NCBI GenBank assembly: GCA_052279835.1
Contig: CP181291.1
Span: 2,144,001 to 2,208,000, forward strand
Origin: Microcoleus sp.
GTDB lineage: Bacteria; Cyanobacteriota; Cyanobacteriia; Cyanobacteriales; Microcoleaceae
DNA length: 64,000 bases
Direction of reading: 5' to 3'
Shown here: positions 56,225 through 64,000 of the stretch, piece by piece
Position numbering within the stretch: position 1 is the stretch's first letter
How the letters are laid out: the number at the start of each line of letters is the position of its first letter
Program-made: the position numbers and the translations under genes
The notes under the pieces: model-generated
Database searches by the model: none
What the model was told of the DNA's origin: nothing
What the model saw: the letters and a program-made list of their open reading frames with translations, nothing else

Positions 56225-58387
56225 TCAACTTTTTTGAGTTGATATGGTTAAATTGTTAATTTCCAGTTGACATTGGTTGGTTAAATCTTGTTTATTGGTA
56301 CTCAATACCTCAAGGAGTAAATAATTGGGAGTTTTTCCTTCAACTAATAGATTTAATTGGGGTAAAGCAGTTGAATTATAAACTGTTTCACTGGAGTTGA
56401 TTAATTTACCTTGATTGTTCCACAAAGTCAACCGCAGGAAAACTCCCTGACATTGTTTGTTAGGTAAATTAAGTTGGCCTAGGATTGTATTTTTTGCGGA
56501 AAGGGAACCTAAATATAAAAATGATGTATCAATTTGCTGGGAATTTTTAATGGGATGAGTTACAATATGATATAAGTTATGAGCTTCTTTGGTAACAGAA
56601 TAATTAGGGCTGGTATAAACAGACTGATTTAAGCTGATCCAATCTAATTGAGTGCCTGGTTTTTCGCCTATTTGCTGCTGCATCGCGTGAAGGGTTTTGA
56701 TGGCTGTGCCGATCGCACTTGGGCGCATTCTCCGGTAAACTCTGACTAGGACACCATTTTCTAGCTGAAACTGTTCGGGTAAAAGCTCAAAATCACGGGA
56801 AATTTCCCAATTTTGAGTAAAAGCATCATAGACAACTTTAACAACATCTTGTTCCCCTGGGCGCAAAACCTGTTCATCACTCAGCAACACCTGCTGAAAA
56901 GGCGTAGCAACCACCACATATTGCGACATCAACAACTCCGGTAGCGGGTAAGTATCGCGAGAGTCAATTAATGGCCTACCAAGAGTGTTTAATTTCCACC
57001 AACCCTCCGGCGGGTTCAACTTACGGTTAGCTTGTTTAAGAATATTAGCATTAAAACTATTAGAAGCACCAGCAATATAAATTGGTTCCTGATTGGGCGC
57101 AATTTTTCTCAGAAACTCAACTAACTTTACCACTTCGCCATAATCCGATCGCACTAAAGGCCCAAAACTAGCCACAAACAGCGCAGAAAAATCAAACTTC
57201 AGCGGAATCAACCCCAAAACTGCATTCACAGTCAGATACAAACCAGCTACACCCAGCATCAAATATCGAACTTTGCCTTGGAGTGTCAGCCAAGTTGTCC
57301 AGAAAAATGCCGATAATCCTAAAAGTGCGATCGGTGTCACATGAATTGTATAGTGCAAATAGCCATAACGCAAGACCAACAGCCATGCAATCAGTGACAA
57401 AACCCCAAATATCCCAACAAAAACCACAGCCTCACCAACGACAATCCTAGTCATCATTCCCGCCGAAAAACCAATCACAACCAACAGCCAAGTTCCCAAA
57501 CCGTAAAAAGAAGCATAACGAGTTAAAATATCAGGAACCGACAAACTCCAAGCCAAATATAAATTGCGGTAATCAACCGTCAGAGCACTGCGAGTAAAAT
57601 CTCCAGCCACCAGCATTAAAACAGCCAAGCTAGTTGCGGCAATCAAACCCAACTTAACCCCAGAAATTAACAACAAAAATATAGCTTGACTCTGCCTAGT
57701 TTTATAAGTTAAAATAAACTCGATTAAATACTGAAATATAGCAGCACCAAAAAAGGCGATCGCACTATAAGCAAAATGTCGCCGAAACAAAATCGCCATA
57801 GCCAGCGAACCGCCAATCAACAGAATTTGCCACCAATATTTTAGCTTAATATCATGCAGATAAACTAAAATTGCCAAAGCTAAAAAAACACAACCACCAG
57901 TATCCAGATATCCCCTTAAAGTCGGAATCCAACTCATCGGAATCAGCAAACTAATCGCTACAGTTGACCAAAACACCAGGCGCGGATCGAAAAGAATTAG
58001 CTTAGCAGAAATCGCCCCCAACAACAAACGAAACGGCAACACATAAATCAGAGATACACTAAAAATATAACTCAACCTAGAATCACCAAATAATAGCAAA
58101 AACGGCACTAAAGGCAACGAAATCAAAAGATTCTTCTCCTTAGCCAGCGATTCTATAACTGCACGTACTGCCTTATCTGGCGATTCCCGAAAAGACTTAA
58201 CAAGTTCCACTGTAGCATTATTATAACCAGCATAATCCCACCAATAAAAAGTACGTTCGCTAGAAACATAAATTGACGTTACTACCACCGTCACCACCAC
58301 AAGTAACAACAGGAAAAACCCATCACCCAGAGACTTGCGACTCCACTTAAAAAAAACCCAATCAAATAACCTCATAAACCTAGCCAC
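56225..58387 (-). CDS. Polytopic membrane protein (GT-C-like)
   Basis: YWWDY N-terminal loop, many TM segments, large C-terminal periplasmic domain. Confidence 0.7.
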   Translation of the reverse strand: MARFMRLFDWVFFKWSRKSLGDGFFLLLLVVVTVVVTSIYVSSERTFYWWDYAGYNNATVELVKSFRESPDKAVRAVIESLAKEKNLLISLPLVPFLLLFGDSRLSYIFSVSLIYVLPFRLLLGAISAKLILFDPRLVFWSTVAISLLIPMSWIPTLRGYLDTGGCVFLALAILVYLHDIKLKYWWQILLIGGSLAMAILFRRHFAYSAIAFFGAAIFQYLIEFILTYKTRQSQAIFLLLISGVKLGLIAATSLAVLMLVAGDFTRSALTVDYRNLYLAWSLSVPDILTRYASFYGLGTWLLVVIGFSAGMMTRIVVGEAVVFVGIFGVLSLIAWLLVLRYGYLHYTIHVTPIALLGLSAFFWTTWLTLQGKVRYLMLGVAGLYLTVNAVLGLIPLKFDFSALFVASFGPLVRSDYGEVVKLVEFLRKIAPNQEPIYIAGASNSFNANILKQANRKLNPPEGWWKLNTLGRPLIDSRDTYPLPELLMSQYVVVATPFQQVLLSDEQVLRPGEQDVVKVVYDAFTQNWEISRDFELLPEQFQLENGVLVRVYRRMRPSAIGTAIKTLHAMQQQIGEKPGTQLDWISLNQSVYTSPNYSVTKEAHNLYHIVTHPIKNSQQIDTSFLYLGSLSAKNTILGQLNLPNKQCQGVFLRLTLWNNQGKLINSSETVYNSTALPQLNLLVEGKTPNYLLLEVLSTNKQDLTNQCQLEINNLTISTQKS

Positions 58388-58459
58388 CCCAAATAAACAA
58401 CACCCAAACCTCCTCTTCCCTCTTCCTTCGTACCCTTAGCGCCTTCGCGGTTCGTTAAC

Positions 58460-59483
58460 TTAATTTAAAAAATTAGCTTGTAAAAAACCTTCCAACTTTT
58501 CTGCATATTGCCGATTAGCGATCGCACTTGGATGCAAATCATGAGGTAAATTATTATTAGCCGGTATTTTCAAATCAACAGAAATATCCACAGTCGCAAT
58601 ACCCTCCCCATTCAACTCCGCCAACATTTTAGCAGAAACCAGGGTTAATACCCGCAACCACCAACTTCACCCCATTCGCCTTAGCCAAACGGTTAAACTC
58701 AGCAATAATTGCCTTAGAAACCTCATGGCTTCTATAAAATTCCCCCTCAAATAGATTGTAATTAACCTCCAGAAAATTCACTAAAGCCGACACCCGCATC
58801 AACGGCCACTCATGATAATCAAGTTGTGCCATACTATAAGTAAAACCCTGTTGTTTATTCAGCCTAGCATCAGGCTGAAACAAAACACCAAGTTTATTCC
58901 AATCAGCCAATTGCTTTCTTCTCGCCCTCGAAAAAGTATTGCGTCTGTCATGAAAACCAGCATAGGCAATCACAGCAATTTTCGGTTTATTTCCTTGCTT
59001 AAGTGCTTGTTTAAACTGAATCAACGAGTGGATAGTTCCATAGCCATTAACACCAAAATTGACAACTTCATATTGTGGTAATTTCTCCTGTAGCAACCAA
59101 GCATAGGTTTCGCTGTCATTCAAGGACCAACCGTAGGTAAAAGAACAGCCAAATATCCAAATTTCTGGTTTTTTTGACTGTAATTTGTAAGTATTCAGAG
59201 GGTGCGTAATTCTTAAACTATTGTTTAAGTGAGTAGCATTAAATGAGTAATTGCCGTTAAGTGTTACTTTAAACGTTCCTGGCAAATGCTTGTAGCCAAG
59301 TTCAGAATCCTGAGTAAAAAAATTACCTTTGGGTTCAACTGCAACATCAACATTTTCTCTTTGCCATGGTTTGTATCCCGCAACCCGTAAGACAATTTCT
59401 GCACTACCGACAGATAGAAATATGGGAAAAATTAGATAGGTTATTAATCTGAAAACAAAGTTTTTAGCAAGATTTTTATTCAT
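58460..59483 (-). CDS. SGNH/GDSL hydrolase-family protein (apparent frameshift near 58636-58638)
   Basis: FGCSFTYG, NFGVNGYG, and C-terminal DLHPS in the shifted frame; start ATG 59483. Confidence 0.8.
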
Positions 59484-59534
59484 ATTTTTGAACGAACCGC
59501 GAAGAAACAAAGAGCGCGAAGGAAGAGCTATATC

Positions 59535-59850
59535 TTTTTCTTTCCCCCAAGGGGAAGTTCTTCTTTCCCCCAAGGGGAAGTTCTTCTTTCCCCAAGGGGA
59601 AGTTCTTCTTTCCCCCAAGGGGAAGTTCTTCTTTCCCCCAAGGGGAAGTTCTTCTTTCCCGCTGGGGAAAAGTTCTTCTTTCCCCCAAGGGGAAGTTCTT
59701 CTTTCCCCCAAGGGGAAGTTCTTCTTTCCCCCAAGGGGAAGTTCTTCTTTCCCGTTGGGGAAAAGTTCTTCTTTCCCCCTTGGGGAAGTTCTTCTTTCCC
59801 GTTGGGGAAAAGTTCTTCTTTCCCCCCTTGGGGGGGGGTAGGGGGGGGTT
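59535..59850. repeat. About 23-bp palindromic tandem repeat, about 12-13 copies
   Basis: Unit ggggaagttcttctttcccccaa with variants; no spacers. Confidence 0.9.
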
Positions 59851-59876
59851 CTTCCTTCGCGGTTCAGGTAATCTAG

Positions 59877-60971
59877 CTAAAAAGACACAATCAAGTAACT
59901 ATTCAAGAACTTAGCCCCTGTAACAGATTTTCCAGTTAACTGCGGAGGTAACAAAATATTGCGCCGCTGATCTCCTGCTTCGATCGTCACTTCTGGCCCC
60001 GATTGAATCAATTTAATTTCTTTCTTGTCAAATCCGGGCAAAAATAAACTAACTTGACGCTGTGCAATATTAATCTCGATCGGCTTAGGAGCACTTGTCG
60101 CCTCAGCAAAATCTGGCAAAGCGTCAATTAGCCCTTGCCAATTATTATCACTATGGGCCGGCACCGCAACTGCTGTCAAAGGAGCAAAATCAGCCGCCAG
60201 AGTTTCTGTCACCGATGCTTGATTGACAATCACACCGCCAACAGTCAAACCAACCTGTTGAGAACTTCCCCACAGATAGCGGGCTGTGCCGATCGCACTT
60301 GCATCGCCAGTTGTCACCAAATAAGCCGCCGCGCGGTTTGGATTTGCCAAGATTTCCTTGCCTTTATCCAAAAAATTATCGACTTGCTGAGTAGACTTAG
60401 TGGCATTGTCCCCCGACATATCCACAGTCAACACCGTACTCACCACCGGTTGAATAAACGGCGACAAAGCTTTACCCAAATCGGAATCTACCAAAGCTTT
60501 ACGGAATCGGCGGATGTACCAACTCAGAATTTCCGGCATTCCCAACATCCGCAGCGTATCCATGCCGCCGGTACCATCATAAACGATCGCATCATATTGT
60601 TTGCTATCGTCATATTCCCGAAGTTCATTCAGGGCTAAGGCGCTGTCCATTCCCGGCAACACCCCCAATTCTTGACCATAAATCTGCTTGAAAAAGGGTG
60701 TGCGGACATATTGGGCTTCCAGTTGTTTAACCTCGTCCCATCTACGTTCCAGCAGCGCCGCGCTTTGCACCTGAACTGCTTTGAAATTCGGGCTGATTTC
60801 CTGGGGGGTCGGAGTTAGGGGAGTTCCCAGCAAAATCCCCAATCCCGGTCCTGGATCTTGACTCAGCAGCAGAACTCGCTTGCCTTGAGCCGCATATTTT
60901 TTAGCAGTTGCGATCGCGATCGTGCTGCGGCCAGTGCCGCCTTTGCCCAAAAATGTCAAAATCAAAGCCAT
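59877..60971 (-). CDS. ArsA/GET3-like ATPase with C-terminal HSP20-like domain
   Basis: FLGKGGTGRS, LPGMDS, LPGFDK..I.L.Q.GPE..IEAGDQRRN. Confidence 0.88.
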   Translation of the reverse strand: MALILTFLGKGGTGRSTIAIATAKKYAAQGKRVLLLSQDPGPGLGILLGTPLTPTPQEISPNFKAVQVQSAALLERRWDEVKQLEAQYVRTPFFKQIYGQELGVLPGMDSALALNELREYDDSKQYDAIVYDGTGGMDTLRMLGMPEILSWYIRRFRKALVDSDLGKALSPFIQPVVSTVLTVDMSGDNATKSTQQVDNFLDKGKEILANPNRAAAYLVTTGDASAIGTARYLWGSSQQVGLTVGGVIVNQASVTETLAADFAPLTAVAVPAHSDNNWQGLIDALPDFAEATSAPKPIEINIAQRQVSLFLPGFDKKEIKLIQSGPEVTIEAGDQRRNILLPPQLTGKSVTGAKFLNSYLIVSF

Positions 60972-61118
60972 TTTCTGTTCTCACTGCCAAAGCTTACTAT
61001 TTAACATTTAACCGCAACTTTCAGATGGAGTGGGGGAGTGGGAGAGTGGGGAAGAGGAGTTCTTCTTCCTTCCCCCCAAGGGGGGCAGTAGGGGGGGTCT
61101 TCTTCCTTCTTCCTTCTG

Positions 61119-61319
61119 CTAAACAGCTTCCAGTTCGTCTTCAAAAAACCAAGTCGCAAAACCGTCAAACTTGACAACCACCCCTACTCCACTGCCGTCA
61201 ACCATTCTGAAACCGTCAACCGTACCCACTGGATTAGTTTTCAACTTGCTCACGATATTTGCAGGTATCCGATCTCTGAGACGGCGCACCTTAACTTTCT
61301 GTCCTACTTCTATTGCCAC
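61119..61319 (-). CDS. DUF2862-like small protein
   Basis: GQKVKVRRLRDR, DGSGVG, TWFFEDEL. Confidence 0.8.
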   Translation of the reverse strand: MAIEVGQKVKVRRLRDRIPANIVSKLKTNPVGTVDGFRMVDGSGVGVVVKFDGFATWFFEDELEAV

Positions 61320-61507
61320 GCTAAAATGTTCTCCTGCTCTATATTACCTATATTCCACAGTCCATTCTACCGTTGCCCGTCTACATCGGAACAGCTCTTT
61401 TCCCTGAGTCCTCCCCGCAAAAAAAACTGGTTTCTTGCAAAAATTGTCCTTTTTTCCACCAATCCTGACGCAGAAACCGAGTTTTTAGTATCCCAGGGTC
61501 AGCCTGT

Positions 61508-62434
61508 CTAGTCAAATACACTCAGTCCCAAAGATTTCGCTATTCGTTCCAACAGAAATAAGCCACCTACAGAATTTCCCTCTTTGTCTAGGGGCGGACT
61601 GTAACAGGCGATCGCCCCTACACCCGGAATCACCGATAGTACAGCCCCGCTAACTCCCGACTTCGTAGGCAATCCTACTTGCAACGCCCAGCGTCCCGAT
61701 GCTTGATATAAGCCACAAGTTGCCATCAATGCTTTGACAGTGCGGCCGTGTTCTGCCATGGTGCGATCGCCCCTAGAGACCAATAGCATTCCCAGCTTAG
61801 CCAAAGCAGCCACATTTCCCGACAAACAACAGACCATATTGTAAGTTTCCAAAGCAATTTCAGCATCTTGAATCACACCGGAACTTTGCATTTCTAAGGC
61901 CATGTTCCGATTATTTTGATTCGGATTTTTTCTCACGGAATCTAACATTAATTCATCCATAAATAACTGAATATTTGCCTTTTGATTCAGCCAAAGCAAC
62001 AGGTTTTGACAGCGAAGAACCGCATTTTCACCAGGGAGCAGAGATGCAAGGGCGATCGCCCCGCTATTAATCATCGGATTTCTCGGCTTCCCCTGGTCTA
62101 TTTCCAGTTGAGCCAGGGAATTAAAAGGCAGTTCCGAAGCTTCGCAGCCAACTTTCTCAAATACCACTGTTTCACCCAATTCACAAAGCAGATAAAGCAG
62201 CACAAATGGCTTGACTACGCTCATCAGCGGGAATATTTTATCTGCCTTACCAAAGCTCCAAAAATCACCATCAATTGACCTAATTTCTACTGCAAACTCA
62301 CTTTTATCTGCTTCAACAAGCAGGGGTATGTACCCTGGCATTTCACCGGACAGACTGCGATTAATAGCCTCTGTTGCCCAAGCTTGCAGTTGCTCTGGTT
62401 GCAGAGGAGATAGTTTATTTGTGGGTTTTTTCAA
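61508..62434 (-). CDS. glsA: Glutaminase
   Basis: YIP.L, SVVK catalytic motif, NPMINSGA, CGLY, KSGVSG; start (TTG 62434) uncertain. Confidence 0.88.
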   Translation of the reverse strand: MKKPTNKLSPLQPEQLQAWATEAINRSLSGEMPGYIPLLVEADKSEFAVEIRSIDGDFWSFGKADKIFPLMSVVKPFVLLYLLCELGETVVFEKVGCEASELPFNSLAQLEIDQGKPRNPMINSGAIALASLLPGENAVLRCQNLLLWLNQKANIQLFMDELMLDSVRKNPNQNNRNMALEMQSSGVIQDAEIALETYNMVCCLSGNVAALAKLGMLLVSRGDRTMAEHGRTVKALMATCGLYQASGRWALQVGLPTKSGVSGAVLSVIPGVGAIACYSPPLDKEGNSVGGLFLLERIAKSLGLSVFD

Positions 62435-62835
62435 AGTATGCCTCCAGGAAGGAAGGGGGACGGGAGGAAATTCAGGAAGAAGCAACAACGAAGACCACTC
62501 GTTACCAGGCTGAGCCTGGTAACGCAGATCGGGAGGCTCTGCCTCCAATTTTATTCATAGACTATTAAATAAATTTTCGATCGACATCGGTAATTTGCAT
62601 AAAAACCCGCCCTTGCTTCCGATACATAAATAGCAGCCTCAAGGCAAAGTTGTTACCGAATAACCACCAGCAGCAGCTTAGAACGCTTTCAGGTTGTCAT
62701 TTTTCAGCTCCGGCAAGGAGTAGGGGTATTTCTGGAATGGAATTTTCCGATCTAAATTCAGAATCCTTCCCGAAAACCCCCCGAACTGCTGAGAAATTAC
62801 TATCCAACCGTATCTACCAAAATCAGGACACAAAA

Positions 62836-63186
62836 ATGGCAGACGAAGCACCGAAACCAGAACCCGCAAAACCAGCTCCCATGATATTTAAGGGTGTTTG
62901 CAACGACGGAGTTCTCAAAGGCAAAGAGATTGAAGGCAAACTGGACATCAAAGTCAACGTCGAGTCAGTGAAACCAGTAGAAACACCAAAGAAACCACCA
63001 GCCCCTGGATGGGAAACAAATATTTTTTGGGTGCTGTTTTTATTAGTTGCCAACTTAGCAGCAGGCGATCCGATCGGTATGAGAAAATATAGCTCCCCAC
63101 AAAGGTCTCCTTCTAGTCAGATGTTAAACCAATCTGGGGAGCAGTCACTGTTGGCTAAGCACACTTCGATACTTCGACTAAGTTGA
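62836..63186 (+). CDS. Hypothetical protein with one TM segment
   Basis: ATG 62836; Pro-rich; hydrophobic IFWVLFLLVA. Confidence 0.45.
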   Translation: MADEAPKPEPAKPAPMIFKGVCNDGVLKGKEIEGKLDIKVNVESVKPVETPKKPPAPGWETNIFWVLFLLVANLAAGDPIGMRKYSSPQRSPSSQMLNQSGEQSLLAKHTSILRLS

Positions 63187-63222
63187 GTGTCCCCCTGCAC
63201 TCAGTGACCGTTAGATGCCATT

Positions 63223-64000
63223 TTAGGCGCTAGGAGCCAGCCAGCCACGCAAAAAGTAATAAAAAGACCCAAGATATTCATCGAATACTCGCGTCGTAGT
63301 TACCAAAGCTTCTGCGCTGGGCAGAAAATCAGCCGCATCTATACGCAACCTAGACTTCCCTCCTGATGTGGGTTGAAAAGTGTAGAAATCCGTAGCTCTC
63401 GGAATCACTCGGATTCCCACATCAGCAAAAGCTAGACTAGCACGGCGCATCTGAATCGCAGAAGTAACCAGCAGTACCTTCCGTTCCACGCCCCGACTAT
63501 CTAAAATTTTTCTGACTTCCTCAGCGCTGGTGCGTATGTTCCTACCGTTTTCGTCGAGAATGATGCTGCTGCGAGGAACACCCATGTTGCTTGCCAGCAA
63601 AGTTTGGATATCCTTAGCTTCGCCAGTATAATTCTCTAACTCCGGTCTAGGCCCTGCGGTAACGATGACCAAAGGTGCCAATTGCTTCCTGTAAAGCACA
63701 GCAGCATAGGGCAAGCGATTGCCTGTATCTGTCAATTGAATCGACACCCGGTTGGGGATATGTGGCTGAGTCGTGCCCTTACCCAACAGGACAATGGCCG
63801 CAGCAGTTTCGTCGCAGCAACTTGTGTGGACAGCGGCTGCTGCTTCCCGTTCTGCTTGGTCTGCGAACCACAAAGCCACAACTGGCATACTCGAAAGAAT
63901 CAAAACTAGCAGTGCTGCCAGAATCATTCTCGGTGCCGGGTTGCGGATGCCTCCGTTAGTGATCAATGCGGATGCAATCACCAGCAACGTAATCGAAAAA
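63223..64000 (-). CDS. YdcF/DUF218 family membrane protein (5' end beyond the window)
   Basis: IVLLG, LVTSAIQMRRA, EYLG..YY.LRGW. Confidence 0.85.
   Translation of the reverse strand, partial: FSITLLVIASALITNGGIRNPAPRMILAALLVLILSSMPVVALWFADQAEREAAAAVHTSCCDETAAAIVLLGKGTTQPHIPNRVSIQLTDTGNRLPYAAVLYRKQLAPLVIVTAGPRPELENYTGEAKDIQTLLASNMGVPRSSIILDENGRNIRTSAEEVRKILDSRGVERKVLLVTSAIQMRRASLAFADVGIRVIPRATDFYTFQPTSGGKSRLRIDAADFLPSAEALVTTTRVFDEYLGSFYYFLRGWLAPSA

Noticed and set aside
59535..59850. CRISPR array or N-terminal coding repeat of ORF 58629-59711
   Set aside because: No unique spacers; the SGNH gene plausibly starts at ATG 59483, so the repeat ORFs are spurious.

Overview
Cyanobacterial chromosome segment, probably a phycoerythrin-containing filamentous Oscillatoriales-type strain, judged from frequent HIP1 GCGATCGC sites, heptamer tandem repeats and REP-like palindromes. 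In order it holds: a Ski2/HelY-like helicase; a GHL10 glycoside hydrolase; a five-gene two-component/adenylate cyclase cluster; stress genes; a phycoerythrin cluster (cpeS,T,C,D,R, aplA-like, pebAB, cpeU,F,Z,Y,A,B) interrupted by an ATPase+nuclease pair; an unusual locus at about 38.1-48.5 kb; a surface-glycan cluster; and housekeeping genes. The 38.1-48.5 kb locus is the main finding. A strong rRNA-operon-style promoter (TTGACA-17-TAGTAT, hairpin, boxA) precedes a 66-aa ubiquitin-like protein ending in Gly. Next come five ~125-160 nt structured RNAs that share a closing-stem scaffold, each carrying a different tRNA-like domain (some circularly permuted, like bacterial Y RNA YrlA), then a divergent Ro60/TROVE-like vWA protein. 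After a block of toxin-antitoxin and nuclease genes come a protein with an E2-like GICL motif and a ThiF/E1 enzyme. Inference: a Ro60/Y-RNA ribonucleoprotein system linked to a prokaryotic ubiquitin-like conjugation pathway. Six single-base frameshifts in conserved genes are probably assembly errors. All protein calls come from motif recognition by eye; no database searches were run.
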